Positions 27,418 to 37,314 are shown, counted from the first letter of the stretch. The stretch is 64,000 nt of DNA from a virus (IMGVR_UViG_2744054842_000001:11649-75648); one strand, 5' to 3'. Notes: a model not told the origin generated them from the sequence alone. Numbers and translations are program-made.

Positions 27418-28719
27418 TCAGAAAGTGAACGTGATTGGTACGTGGGTAACCGGCCTGCTGATCGGGTAGTCGTGGTGGATGAAGTAGCCACCCGCGTCGT
27501 TCGCGTGGTCCACGCCGGACTTCTTGTCGGGCTCGCCGTTGGCCGCCCATACCTGCTGCTCCAGGCCGTCCGCATAGGTCGGGCAGCGCAGCGGGTTGAC
27601 CAGGTAGCGGCGTTCGCCATTCGCGTTGCAGAACATCGCGTTCATGGCGTTGATGCGGTCTTTCACTGGCGGGTTGGCATCGGGAGCTATGACGCTGAAG
27701 CCGGCCTGGCGCAGGATGGCAATGTCCGTCTCGCTGGCGTTCACCGACTTGCGTGACCCGCCCGAGGCGTCGGGGTAGATCCTGATCTCGCAGGTCTTCT
27801 CGTAGCCCCTGCCGTTGTGCCGCCAGTAGCGCTCCTTGATGCGCCGGATCATGTCCGGGGTATCGAAGCCGTCGATCAGCTCATCCACCGCTCTGGGCTT
27901 TCCGTCAGGCCGTTTGACATGAACGATCGCCGCCATCTTGCCGACGTTGAAGTCCATGCCAATGAACAGGGGTTCTCCAGGCTCTACGGTGTCGAAGCAG
28001 GAATTCAGCTTCCTGTCGTAGGCGTGGTAGATCGACCCGGAGTTCAGGTTGACGAACTGGCCGTTCAGGTAGGCCATGATCAACTGGGCCGGGTACGACT
28101 CCATCAGCGACGGGATGTAGTCAGGCGGTAGGTTCAGCTCGTTGTCGAACGTGCTGGCCTGGACCAGGCCGTACATGCCCTGCAGGGCCGGCTTCTCCCG
28201 AAGCTGCTTCACGAACTGCTGGTAGACGAACTTGAACCCCTCAGGGGTCGTGGTCACATCCACGCCGTTCTTCAGCCCTGGCTCGTTGTAGCGCATCCGG
28301 GCAATGATCTTGCGCCAGGCGTGTTCGGCCTTCAGTGCGGGCAGCACATCGAGCTCATCGACCAGGGCGTGCCCGATCTTGAAGCCCACGATAGTCTGCG
28401 GCTTCTCCATTGAGCGGCAGATGGTCGTGCTGCGGTACTGGCCGCCGCTGTAGAACTCGACCTCCTTGTCGCTCTCCTTCGTCTTGACCTTCAGGCCCCA
28501 GTCGAAGGCGACCTCCTCGATGGTGGGGAAGAAGATGTCGCGGATCTGCGGGTAGGTCGGGGCGAAGTAGCCGGAGTCGATTCGGGGCCACTCCCACACG
28601 TGCTTGCACAGCGCCGCGCAGCCTACCCAGGTCTTGCCCGAGCCGAACCCGGCGACGAAGCCGCGGAACTTGTTCTCCATCCGAAGGAAGCTGGCCTGGG
28701 GCACGTTAAGTGACGGCAT
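27418..28719 (-). CDS. terL: Terminase large subunit
   Basis: Walker A AGFGSGKT, LVDE, TTTPEG, GMDFN, DHANDA. Confidence 0.95.
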   Translation of the reverse strand: MPSLNVPQASFLRMENKFRGFVAGFGSGKTWVGCAALCKHVWEWPRIDSGYFAPTYPQIRDIFFPTIEEVAFDWGLKVKTKESDKEVEFYSGGQYRSTTICRSMEKPQTIVGFKIGHALVDELDVLPALKAEHAWRKIIARMRYNEPGLKNGVDVTTTPEGFKFVYQQFVKQLREKPALQGMYGLVQASTFDNELNLPPDYIPSLMESYPAQLIMAYLNGQFVNLNSGSIYHAYDRKLNSCFDTVEPGEPLFIGMDFNVGKMAAIVHVKRPDGKPRAVDELIDGFDTPDMIRRIKERYWRHNGRGYEKTCEIRIYPDASGGSRKSVNASETDIAILRQAGFSVIAPDANPPVKDRINAMNAMFCNANGERRYLVNPLRCPTYADGLEQQVWAANGEPDKKSGVDHANDAGGYFIHHDYPISRPVTHVPITFTF

Positions 28720-29167
28720 CAGGCTTCCTCGCATCCACCACATCAACCTGCACCCGGGTGGGCGGCACGTTGTCGTGGGGATTCTCGTTCTTGGTCTGGC
28801 GGTTCACGTAGACATCGCCGACCTCTTTGGCCGCCTGCTCCAGCAGCTGAGCCGTCAGGGCCATGTTCTTCATGTTCTCGGCCTTCTCAGCCATCCGCCC
28901 CAGCACACGAAGCCGAAACGCTCGGTTGGCGATCGGTATCTCAGCCGTCTCCTCGCGGAAGCGCTTACGAGTGTCTTCGAACAGAGTTACCCAGCGCTTG
29001 GCCAGGTCACGCCCAGCACGCTTGGTCGGGTCGTGCGCCTCACACTTCTGCCGGGTAACCTCAAGGCCGAATTCTTCTCGGACGGCTGCCGCGACTTGCG
29101 AGGGGGTATCGAAACAGGCCAGGGCCTGAACGATGAAGGCTTTCACCTCGTTGCTCAGGGCCGCCAT
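28706..29167 (-). CDS. terS: Terminase small subunit (DUF2280)
   Basis: MAALSNEVKAFIVQALACFDTPS; upstream of terL. Confidence 0.85.
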   Translation of the reverse strand: MAALSNEVKAFIVQALACFDTPSQVAAAVREEFGLEVTRQKCEAHDPTKRAGRDLAKRWVTLFEDTRKRFREETAEIPIANRAFRLRVLGRMAEKAENMKNMALTAQLLEQAAKEVGDVYVNRQTKNENPHDNVPPTRVQVDVVDARKPDAVT

Positions 29168-29198
29168 AGGTTTTCATCCGTCGTGGGTCTGTCAGGGG

Positions 29199-29807
29199 TC
29201 AGGCAGACTTGAGCAGACAGGTTCCGCAGGCCCTCGAAATGTTGATCTTGGCCACCTCTGGCGGCCGGCTTGCAGCGTCGATCAGCTGCTGTACGTCATG
29301 CCCGGCACCGTAGCGGCGAACCACGCCGACGAACTCTTCGACGTCATGGCCGCGCAGGTACAGCTTGGGTAGCCCGTCCTGTGTGAACTTGGGTGCGCCG
29401 TACTCATCAGTCGCCTGGGCGATGTGGTACAGCTCGTGTTCTATCAAAGCGCAGAACTCGGCGTCGGTGCACTGGGCACAGTAGTCGGCAGCCAGGGTGA
29501 TGAGGTAGTCCGGCTCCTCACCGAACCATTCCCGCATCTGCTGCTCTTGCCGAGCTTTCTGCCATCCACCGGCGCGGAACACCAGCTGCTCGGCTTGGCC
29601 AAGGACGACCCGGCCCTGCTTGGCGAATCCGCTGGACGCCCAGAGCACGCCGATGTTGGCGTCCATCAGGTGGGCATGCTCTGGGTTATGGATGCTGCCG
29701 GTGTCGGCGAGGAATTCGCTCTGTACCCAGTCCCACACACCGATGGCCGGGCGCAGGGTCAACCAGAGCGATTCGAGTAGGTCGGCTGGTGGGATTGGTC
29801 TGCTCAT
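29199..29807 (-). CDS. Putative phage metallopeptidase
   Basis: EHELYH and HDVEEF motifs. Confidence 0.8.
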   Translation of the reverse strand: MSRPIPPADLLESLWLTLRPAIGVWDWVQSEFLADTGSIHNPEHAHLMDANIGVLWASSGFAKQGRVVLGQAEQLVFRAGGWQKARQEQQMREWFGEEPDYLITLAADYCAQCTDAEFCALIEHELYHIAQATDEYGAPKFTQDGLPKLYLRGHDVEEFVGVVRRYGAGHDVQQLIDAASRPPEVAKINISRACGTCLLKSA

Positions 29808-29813
29808 GAACCC

Positions 29814-30119
29814 TCACCTGAACCATCCGGTCGCTTCTACACCACAGTTACGGCAGTGAACCGCGCCACTGGCTTGGCCTGTCTTGCGCATGATGAAGAA
29901 TGTTTCGCTACCGCAGTTGCAGTGGAATGCCTCGTCACCTGGTTGCGGGCCGAATGGATACTTGAACGCGCCACAATGGGTGCCGCACTTCGGACACTCC
30001 AGCTGAGTGACTCCTACCGGGGCAGCCGCCACCCATTCATGCCGACAGTTCGCGCAGATGCATTCGCCGGAGGCGTGCGGCTCTTCGCAACCTCGCGGCT
30101 TCAGCTCAATCACGTTCAT
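29814..30119 (-). CDS. Cys-rich Zn-finger hypothetical protein
   Basis: Multiple CxxC pairs. Confidence 0.6.
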   Translation of the reverse strand: MNVIELKPRGCEEPHASGECICANCRHEWVAAAPVGVTQLECPKCGTHCGAFKYPFGPQPGDEAFHCNCGSETFFIMRKTGQASGAVHCRNCGVEATGWFR

Positions 30120-30307
30120 TCGGCCACCATCTTGTGGGTTTCGGCATGCGCGTGACCATGCAGCAAGCCGACCAGCAGCCCCTGAGGAAGGCCGGCTGCC
30201 TTGGCGAAATCAATCGCCTTCACCAGGGCAGCATCGAACTCGGCCACCGCGTGGACGATATCCATGCTGACCGGAAGCTCATGGCGTATGCGGGTGACCT
30301 TGCTCAT
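30116..30307 (-). CDS. Hypothetical protein
   Basis: Overlapping start/stop with neighbours. Confidence 0.6.
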   Translation of the reverse strand: MSKVTRIRHELPVSMDIVHAVAEFDAALVKAIDFAKAAGLPQGLLVGLLHGHAHAETHKMVAE

Positions 30308-30429
30308 GCAAGCACCACGCGGAAGTGCGAGAAGACCCAGATCAGGCCCTCAATGAATGCCCATCCTGCAACGGCACACATCAGGCCCAGCATGATGAAC
30401 GCACCGGTCATGTCAGGAAGCTGGCCCAT
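30304..30429 (-). CDS. 41-aa hydrophobic protein
   Basis: Hand translation MGQLPDMTGAFIMLGL...; GGAG RBS; ATGA overlap. Confidence 0.5.
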   Translation of the reverse strand: MGQLPDMTGAFIMLGLMCAVAGWAFIEGLIWVFSHFRVVLA

Positions 30430-30446
30430 CTGGAAATCTCCATAGT

Positions 30447-30484
30447 CGCGCCACGAAACGGCGCATCTCTGTTTTGTGGCGCGG
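30447..30484. repeat. Dispersed palindrome CGCGCCAC-N21-GTGGCGCG, copy 2
   Basis: Direct reading. Confidence 0.8.
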
Positions 30485-30796
30485 TCAACTAGACCGCTTG
30501 CACATGTCGCAATCCAGTCGCTGGCAGATCCAGCGCTTTACCTTGGGCCAGTAGGTGACCACGAACATGTGGCGCAGGCCTGCCATGGCCAGGGCGACGT
30601 GCATCGTTACCCCAGCTGTGTTTGGGTTGAAGAACATGCGGTCCGACCTGGCCAGGATGGCGTAGCCGCTCAGCGCGATGATCGAGTACAGGATCTTGCC
30701 AATCACACCGTCTCGAACCTTGCCACTCAGCACGGCCCAGGATGCCCACAGGGCGATCACCCCAGCCGCCAGAGCGTTGATGTATTCGAAAATCAT
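30485..30796 (-). CDS. Holin-associated membrane protein
   Basis: Three TM segments; late operon position. Confidence 0.6.
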   Translation of the reverse strand: MIFEYINALAAGVIALWASWAVLSGKVRDGVIGKILYSIIALSGYAILARSDRMFFNPNTAGVTMHVALAMAGLRHMFVVTYWPKVKRWICQRLDCDMCKRSS

Positions 30797-31119
30797 CCGT
30801 TAGGCCCTCCGAACTTGGACCTGATGACAGACCAGAGATCAGCGGCCTTGATAGCGCGGGTGACTGCGGCGATGAGCGACCCGCCGAACGTTCCAAGCAG
30901 AAACCCTACCCCCGCCACGCTGCGAGGCTCCACGATGCCGAAGTAGGCGCTGACCATTCCGGTCAGGTAGTGGGCGCAGGCCATGCCGGTCAGCAGGAAG
31001 AGGATCCAAGCCTTGCGGTCCGTCAGGTCGTCCTTGTGCCACCGGGTGGCAACCAAGGCCCCCAATAGGCCCGCTATAGCCCAGTCGAGCTTTTCGAGCA
31101 GGCGGTGAAAAAGCTCCAT
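30793..31119 (-). CDS. Putative holin
   Basis: Three TM segments, charged C-terminus, upstream of packaging genes. Confidence 0.65.
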   Translation of the reverse strand: MELFHRLLEKLDWAIAGLLGALVATRWHKDDLTDRKAWILFLLTGMACAHYLTGMVSAYFGIVEPRSVAGVGFLLGTFGGSLIAAVTRAIKAADLWSVIRSKFGGPNG

Positions 31120-31217
31120 GCGCTCGGCTCCCGCTGGAATGAAAATAATAACTCAAATTTGCTGTACGCAAAGCAAATTTGCTGTATACTGAGCTCACAC
31201 AACAACGAGGCGAGGTG

Positions 31218-31400
31218 ATGAGTTACAACGAGTTCAAACGGTGGCTGAAAGCCAGAGGAGTAAGGTTCGAATCGTTAAACGGAACGAGCCATTTCAAACT
31301 CTACTTCGAAGGCAAACAAACGATCTTTCCGGATCACGGTGCAAAAGAAATGAAAGAAGGAACCCGGAAAGGAATCATCAAGCAACTGGGGCTCAAATGA
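31218..31400 (+). CDS. hicA: HicA toxin
   Basis: EFKRWL..RGV, GTSHFKL, P.HG.KE, IIKQLGLK. Confidence 0.9.
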   Translation: MSYNEFKRWLKARGVRFESLNGTSHFKLYFEGKQTIFPDHGAKEMKEGTRKGIIKQLGLK

Positions 31401-31479
31401 GCCCCTACCACCGTTTGAGTCGAATCATCACCTCGCCTCGCGAACATCACTCAGAGAGCCGCCCAAGGGAGGGCTAGAA

Positions 31480-31905
31480 ATGTTTGACTACCCGGTAACT
31501 GTGCATACCGAAGACAGCCCAGGTGTTGCGCTCACCTGCGACACCATTCCCGAGTTCAACGCCGCCGGGGATGACTTGGAGGAAGCCTTGGCCGAAGCCA
31601 GCATCCTGATGCCTGCCGCACTTTCGATTTACGTTGACCAACGTCGAGCGATCCCCAAAGCACCGGCACCTGAAGAGGGCCAGCCCGTAGTAACGCTGAC
31701 CGCACTCACCGTGGCGAAGATCGAATTGTGGAACTCGATGGTTGAAAAAGGCATGCGCAAAGCTGATCTGTGCCGCCTGCTCGGCGTAAGTCAGAGCCAG
31801 GGCGACCGGCTAGTGGACTTCATGCACGGCACGAAGCTGGAGGCTCTCGAGAATGCACTGGCCGCGCTCGGTAAGCGCCTGGTGGTATCTGTCGAGCCGG
31901 CCTGA
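31480..31905 (+). CDS. hicB: HicB antitoxin
   Basis: IPE...GDDLEEAL N-domain plus C-terminal HTH. Confidence 0.9.
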   Translation: MFDYPVTVHTEDSPGVALTCDTIPEFNAAGDDLEEALAEASILMPAALSIYVDQRRAIPKAPAPEEGQPVVTLTALTVAKIELWNSMVEKGMRKADLCRLLGVSQSQGDRLVDFMHGTKLEALENALAALGKRLVVSVEPA

Positions 31906-32251
31906 ATCTGTGTGGGTCTCTCCCCACCTGTCCGCCGAAGACCATTGCAGCGCTGGCACCCCAATGCACCAGTCTCGCCGATCCGGTCACGCGCCACCCT
32001 GAAAGCATGTGAGGTCAGAGTGCGCGGGCTGCCGGTGTTTTTTCCGTACACCACACTACCGGCTAGCAGTGTCCAGGCTGTCCCGTTAGGGCCTGCCCTG
32101 GCTGCAGTTGCGTTTCTTGCTGGAACAAAAATCCCGGCGCTTGGCCGGGACTCTTGAGGCCCTATGGGGGCTTGGACAAGGCCGAGGAGAAGAGAAAGCA
32201 TGGCCCCATGCTATCGTCGCAATCCCTACAACCGCGACACAGGATGGAACT

Positions 32252-32551
32252 ATGGCAAGCTTTATCGTCACCTTTAAATTCAAGTCTGATGACACTCGCA
32301 GCGAGCGGTATGACTCGTTCGTAAGGAAAATCAACGAGCTAACTAGCTATAGGCACTGGGACGAAACGACATCGTTTTACTGCTTCGAGCTTGACATGAC
32401 TGCAGATGCACTTTGTTCAGCCCTGTATGTCGGCACCGACTTCAATTCAACCAAAGACATCATGGTTGTAATCGATATCACTAACAAACAGAAGGCTACA
32501 AAGGGCGCCTTAGAATGGCCTTCGGTGCTCGACTCATACCTTGGGTTCTGA
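32252..32551 (+). CDS. Small moron protein, possible ferredoxin-like (Cas2/VapD-like) fold
   Basis: FIVTFKF....RYDSF...I pattern; fold call is weak. Confidence 0.55.
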   Translation: MASFIVTFKFKSDDTRSERYDSFVRKINELTSYRHWDETTSFYCFELDMTADALCSALYVGTDFNSTKDIMVVIDITNKQKATKGALEWPSVLDSYLGF

Positions 32552-32767
32552 CTGCTGGGCCGGTGGTTGCAATATCTGCGATTCCAGCTCGGTCACGCGC
32601 GCCTCGTAGCGCTCAAGCGTCTCTTGGTTGGATCGCAGCGCAGCCGCGAGCTGCTTCTCTCGGTCAACTGCTTCGGCATGCAGCCTGACCACCTCCGCCA
32701 GCTTTGCCTCTTGAGCAATAACTGACTCAACAGCTTGGCGGTATGAGCTCTTCATGCTGATCTCCAA
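32534..32767 (-). CDS. Coiled-coil hypothetical protein
   Basis: ORF track. Confidence 0.5.
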   Translation of the reverse strand: MEISMKSSYRQAVESVIAQEAKLAEVVRLHAEAVDREKQLAAALRSNQETLERYEARVTELESQILQPPAQQSEPKV

Positions 32768-32804
32768 AAACGAAAAAGCCCAGCAAATGCTGGGCTATCG
32801 GCGA

Positions 32805-33020
32805 CTATTCTGCAATCTGCAAGTCTGCGCGCCTCTCCTGCATGGTCAGGCATCCCAGTCTGCGTGGATTGCCACACATCCAGCAGGAGCAGACTTTCCC
32901 GTGATTGGCGAACAGGCCGGCGTTGCGAGCATCAGTAGCCCAGCATTCCTGGGCTCGTTGCTTGAGGTAAAAGCGGGCCTTGATTCGGCGTGTATCGTGT
33001 CGGCGTTTTGCTCTGGACAT
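32805..33020 (-). CDS. Small basic Cys-containing protein
   Basis: AGGAG RBS; CSCWMCGNPRR. Confidence 0.6.
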   Translation of the reverse strand: MSRAKRRHDTRRIKARFYLKQRAQECWATDARNAGLFANHGKVCSCWMCGNPRRLGCLTMQERRADLQIAE

Positions 33021-33145
33021 TTGATTCTCCTAAGCCAAAGCCGACAAAGCCCCGGCAGATTTCTCTGGCGGGGCTTTTGTGGTCACTCCTCAACATGCGC
33101 AGGAATGACAGGATGGAGAAATAATGCGACACAGCGACAACTAAG

Positions 33146-33694
33146 TCAATCGTCCAAATGCGCGAGCTCCGATTTTTCGTAAGCTCTCAAAACCTCTCCT
33201 AGTCGTTCATTCACGTTATGGAAGAAATATCCTGATTCCATCCATTCAAGCTCTGATTCCTGTTCTGATTTAGCCCTCGTCACTTTTGAGCAGAGAGAGG
33301 TCAGATCAGAGATCTGCTGCCTCAGATTGTCGTCGAGCACCCTCACGCGCAAAAGATTGGCCTGGCGAAACGCCTCCATGGTTGCGGCGCTCACTTCTTC
33401 AGAAAGCTTCTCCTTCGCCCACTCGCCAGAAGCCCGGTAATTGCTAACGTCTTCCAGATGTTGGCGAGAGACGGACCTCATGAGCTTGGCCAGCACCTCC
33501 TGAATCTCAATCAAAAGCTTTCGCTGATTTTCTAATCGCTGCTGCTGAATAAGCTCTTTCCGCTTCTCGACCCTTATTTTTCTCTCTTTTTCTTCCACTC
33601 GCCTTTCAGTTAGAAGATCAAAAGCCGCTTTCAAGACTAGCCCCAGAACGAGGGTGACCACAGGAAACCAAACAACAGGGGTTAACGCTTCCAT
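33146..33694 (-). CDS. Moron: N-terminal TM, coiled-coil protein
   Basis: Low GC insert right after the Q-like gene. Confidence 0.7.
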   Translation of the reverse strand: MEALTPVVWFPVVTLVLGLVLKAAFDLLTERRVEEKERKIRVEKRKELIQQQRLENQRKLLIEIQEVLAKLMRSVSRQHLEDVSNYRASGEWAKEKLSEEVSAATMEAFRQANLLRVRVLDDNLRQQISDLTSLCSKVTRAKSEQESELEWMESGYFFHNVNERLGEVLRAYEKSELAHLDD

Positions 33695-33702
33695 ACAATT
33701 CC

Positions 33703-34404
33703 TTAAGCAGCACCAGCCATTTCGGTTGCGACCAACACACCCTCGCTCGCGAGAATTGTCTCGGCTGATTCAAGTGCCTCGTCAACCATTTCCGTTAGTG
33801 TATCGAAAATTTTTTTTCGCCACCGCTGCCTCGTCCGTTCGCTATTCGCATTAAGGTCCCAGGTGTTTATGTCGTAGAACTCGGCCGGGAGCACGATCAT
33901 GTCGGTGGAGCGCTTCACATACTGCTCGCGGCGCGCCTGCCCGGCGTCCTCTGGCATCTCTCCGCCAGCCAGATGCTTGCCCACGCCAGCGGTGAGGGAA
34001 TCGAACTCTGCGCGCTCTCGGGCCGACCGGCTGGCCACCTCATGCCCCGAGTGCGCCTGCACGCCCTTCACCGGTGGAATTGCCCAGGCGGTGACCGCCT
34101 TGTACCGAAACAGGTTCGGCGCCTGCGTGGCGATCAGCGGTACCAGCTTGCCGATCGCATCCACCTTCTTGGCCTTGTGGGTCGAGAACCTGGCCGTCAG
34201 CGCATTCCAGTGCCGCGGGATCAGCTTGCTGTGCAGGCGGGCGTGCACCCAGCAGTCGACCAGCATCGCCGCATCCTTCCCGGAGATCTCCCCCTTCAGC
34301 TTCGAGGCCTGGACCTTCGGCTCGAAGTCGCCGCCGCCCACCCCGCTCATGGTTTCTGCCGCGAGGGCACGCACTACTGCCGCCAAAACGCTCTGATACT
34401 TCAT
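33703..34404 (-). CDS. Putative late antiterminator (Q-like)
   Basis: Position after the nin region; FYDINTWD...ERTRQRWR motif. Confidence 0.65.
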   Translation of the reverse strand: MKYQSVLAAVVRALAAETMSGVGGGDFEPKVQASKLKGEISGKDAAMLVDCWVHARLHSKLIPRHWNALTARFSTHKAKKVDAIGKLVPLIATQAPNLFRYKAVTAWAIPPVKGVQAHSGHEVASRSARERAEFDSLTAGVGKHLAGGEMPEDAGQARREQYVKRSTDMIVLPAEFYDINTWDLNANSERTRQRWRKKIFDTLTEMVDEALESAETILASEGVLVATEMAGAA

Positions 34405-34547
34405 TGCTTGCCCCCTGCCTGCTTGGCCTTGCTCAAGATGAATTCTTCGTAGCTGCGCTTGCGGCGCACGGCGCCTGCCCATGACAGCGCCACACCGGCC
34501 ACCACCATGAGGGCAGCCATAATCAAAAACCCCCACGCTGGCGTCAT
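34401..34547 (-). CDS. Small membrane protein
   Basis: Hand translation MTPAWGFLIMAALMVV...; overlaps neighbours. Confidence 0.55.
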   Translation of the reverse strand: MTPAWGFLIMAALMVVAGVALSWAGAVRRKRSYEEFILSKAKQAGGKQ

Positions 34548-34640
34548 GCCGCTGCCCTCCTCAGGTCTTTTAGTTTTTGCCGGTACAGAGCCTTGATGGC
34601 CTGCAGGTCTTCGATGGTTGCTCGGCTTATCCTCATCGCT

Positions 34641-35273
34641 TCAGGACCTCTTGTGGGGCAGAGCATGAAGATCCAGGTATTCGTTCCTGGTTTTGATCGC
34701 TTGATCGATATCGTCAAACCTGCCGAGACGAATCTGTCTACGCTGCCACTGGACTTTCGCCACCCACTTACCCCTGTCCCACGAGACTCCGACATGACCA
34801 CTGGTGTTCTTGTCCGTGATCCTCCGATTCGCCGCCTGGACGTTGTAATCGACGTATCTGCAGTTCTCAGGGCAATACCCTTTGCTCGACTCAATACGGT
34901 CCAAGGTCAGTTGGTCGGTGTAGCCATTCGCCAGGGACCACTCCATGAACGGCTCGAAGTTCATCCACTCATCACAGAGGGTGACGCCGGCGTACTTTTC
35001 CACCTCCGAACCCCGAGGATTGAGGCAGCGGCGCTTCATGTTTGCCCAGGTGACGTGGAGTCGACTGTTGGCGTTGTTGAGGCCGTGCGTGGAGCGCGTG
35101 CGCCCTCCCCGCTTGTTGGCGCAGGGCGGACAGCACCCAGTCATGGACTTCAAGCGATCCATGCGCGACGAGAACTCGACGCTGCATGTGCAGCACTGGA
35201 ATACACCCATCGACCGGTTTGTCCCTGAGCGTTGCTCCACAAAGGTCCTGAGCGGAATTACCTCGCTACCCAT
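34641..35273 (-). CDS. HNH-like/AP2-domain homing endonuclease
   Basis: W.NMKRRC, LTLDRI...GYCPENCR; AP2 motif NTSGHVGVSW...LGRF. Confidence 0.85.
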   Translation of the reverse strand: MGSEVIPLRTFVEQRSGTNRSMGVFQCCTCSVEFSSRMDRLKSMTGCCPPCANKRGGRTRSTHGLNNANSRLHVTWANMKRRCLNPRGSEVEKYAGVTLCDEWMNFEPFMEWSLANGYTDQLTLDRIESSKGYCPENCRYVDYNVQAANRRITDKNTSGHVGVSWDRGKWVAKVQWQRRQIRLGRFDDIDQAIKTRNEYLDLHALPHKRS

Positions 35274-35871
35274 AGCAAACCTCCTCCTGCCGTTTTTCGA
35301 GGCGCCGCGCTTTCTTGCTGAACACCGCCTTGACCCGCCTCAGATATGGGATGTCGTGACGAGCGACGTCGCTGTTGCACTCCAGCCAATCAACCTTGGC
35401 CTGGCCGATCTTCTCGATGAGCGCCGGCCTGTAAGCCATGATGTTTCCGCTCAGGAAGTTGTTGCAGGCGCTGCAGGACTTGTTCATGTTCCAGAGGTTG
35501 AAGCGCAGGTGCGGGGCGGCGCCGACGCTACGGAAGTGGGAGCAGTGCCATTGCCCCTGCCATGAGGCCGGCTTGCTGCAACTGATGCAGCCAAGGTGAG
35601 CGTCCCGCAAGCGAACGTAGCGATTAATCGCTGCCTGGGCTTCCTTGGCGTACTCGGCCCGGCTCTTCAGCTTCTCCCGGCGTGCCTTGAGGTCTTCCCG
35701 GGCCTGCCGGGTGATGGCCTTGGCTGCCACCTTCTGCACCTTCGAATCCTTCGACATGGCCAGCGCACAGGCGATGCTGCACACCTTCTGTGTGGTCATG
35801 GTCGGCTTGAAGGGCTTGCCGCAACCTGGTGCCTTGCACTTCTTGAGCTTGATCTCCTTGATCGCAGTCAT
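35266..35871 (-). CDS. ninG: NinG/Rap recombination endonuclease
   Basis: RLRD...CISC, HFRSVGAAP.LRF..N...C..CN.FLSGN. Confidence 0.88.
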   Translation of the reverse strand: MTAIKEIKLKKCKAPGCGKPFKPTMTTQKVCSIACALAMSKDSKVQKVAAKAITRQAREDLKARREKLKSRAEYAKEAQAAINRYVRLRDAHLGCISCSKPASWQGQWHCSHFRSVGAAPHLRFNLWNMNKSCSACNNFLSGNIMAYRPALIEKIGQAKVDWLECNSDVARHDIPYLRRVKAVFSKKARRLEKRQEEVCYG

Positions 35872-36119
35872 CAGCGATCCTCCCGTTTCTGCCGCTGGTA
35901 GAAGCTCGTGACTACCTCGGCCAGGAACCGGCAGCCCATCTCACTTAGCCCGCTGGCGAAGTCCGCCGCGGCACCGGCGCGCCCGGCGTACTCTTGATCC
36001 AGTCGCTGAGCCACTGCGGAACAGAAGGAGCCAATATCCTCGGCGTCCATCTCTTTCACGACCTTCTCGGCCGAGAGGAACACAGTGGTTTGCGTTGTGA
36101 TTCCAAGTCCGTCGCTCAT
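35871..36119 (-). CDS. Hypothetical protein
   Basis: MSDGLG start, coupled to neighbours. Confidence 0.55.
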   Translation of the reverse strand: MSDGLGITTQTTVFLSAEKVVKEMDAEDIGSFCSAVAQRLDQEYAGRAGAAADFASGLSEMGCRFLAEVVTSFYQRQKREDR

Positions 36120-36586
36120 GCCGCCTCCTCGCTGAGCAAGTCGCTGAACACCACGCCCTGCGGCGCGAACTCGGCCACGATGCGGTCGGTGTACTGGCAG
36201 CCCTGGGCCCGATCGAACAGTCGGGTAACCGGGAAGCCATCCGGCCCGAACATCGCGCACGGCCCCATCAGGCGAAGCTTCACCTCATACGGCAGGTGGA
36301 TGAACGACTCGGCCCAGCCGGTGCGGAACTCTGCGCAGCCGGCCCGCATGATCGGCACGCCGAAATGCAGCTTGCAGTACCGGCGCACATCCTCGATGTC
36401 GCCCATCTCGGTGCTCTTGGCGATTCGGTCGTACATGGCGAACCACAGCGCGTTCTGGTCCAGTGTGCGGTCCTTACCCGGGCGCATGCTGACCACGACG
36501 AACTTCTTGTCGCGGAACATGCGGGTGAGCATGGTCACGGCCTCGGAGAGCTTGGACTGACTGTTCACGCTGATCTTTTCAGCCAT
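36116..36586 (-). CDS. NinB-like protein
   Basis: RTLDQNALWFAMY..IA motif. Confidence 0.7.
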   Translation of the reverse strand: MAEKISVNSQSKLSEAVTMLTRMFRDKKFVVVSMRPGKDRTLDQNALWFAMYDRIAKSTEMGDIEDVRRYCKLHFGVPIMRAGCAEFRTGWAESFIHLPYEVKLRLMGPCAMFGPDGFPVTRLFDRAQGCQYTDRIVAEFAPQGVVFSDLLSEEAA

Positions 36587-36784
36587 GGGCGCGGCCCTCC
36601 AGTTCAGCCATCGACCGGATAAGCTCGCGGTCATGTTCGACCAGGCCCTTGGCTTTGTCGTGCAGCCCTCTTCCGCGCACGCCTGGAAACGGCATGGCCC
36701 TGTACAGGTCCCAACCGAGGTACCACCTCGACAGGGTCATCTGCGCGTCCATTACTCGCATCCGGATCAATAGGCTTCTCATGC

Positions 36785-37105
36785 TCATGGCGCCACCTTC
36801 AGGCCCTGGACCTCGATCGCAGAACGCAGCGACTCACGCATGTCACGCTCAATGCTGGCCGGGTAGTCGTCGAACTTCGGCAACTCCACCACCACAGCCT
36901 CGCGCGAGGCCTGCCAGGCCCACCATGCCGCAGCAACCCCAGCCTGCGAATACGAGTCGCCCACTCGAGCTTCCTGGATGGCCTGCAGAAGCTCGTCACG
37001 CATGAACTCTTTCATTCGCTCAGAGGCGCCATTCTTTTCGCCCTGAAGGGCAGTTGCTTGAGCGAACGCAACTTCGAACTGCTCGCGCATCTTGTTGGTG
37101 TCCAT
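36785..37105 (-). CDS. Phage hypothetical protein
   Basis: MDTNKMREQFE...AWWAWQASR family pattern. Confidence 0.65.
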   Translation of the reverse strand: MDTNKMREQFEVAFAQATALQGEKNGASERMKEFMRDELLQAIQEARVGDSYSQAGVAAAWWAWQASREAVVVELPKFDDYPASIERDMRESLRSAIEVQGLKVAP

Positions 37106-37314
37106 CAGTGCTTCTCCTCAAGCTTGTTCAGCAGCCAGGCGGTAGGAATGGCAGCCAGCAGGATCGCCGGGCCTGCCATGAGGACCAGCTTCGCGGGCAA
37201 CCAAAGATCCAGCCCTACGGCGAACTTGACCCACAGGGTGAAGGCAGCAGATGCCGCGATGATCACGGTCGGAGCCAGGACGATCATCAGGACTGCCTTG
37301 AGGTAATTTCGCAT
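37105..37314 (-). CDS. Small membrane protein
   Basis: Two TM segments. Confidence 0.55.
   Translation of the reverse strand: MRNYLKAVLMIVLAPTVIIAASAAFTLWVKFAVGLDLWLPAKLVLMAGPAILLAAIPTAWLLNKLEEKH

Noticed and set aside
30485-31119. Missing endolysin next to the holin
   Set aside because: Pseudomonas prophages often place endolysin and spanins after the tail fibre, which is off-window here.
32252-32551. Cas2 partner for the RAMP gene
   Set aside because: It is 19 kb away, the fold resemblance is weak, and it lacks the YD motif.
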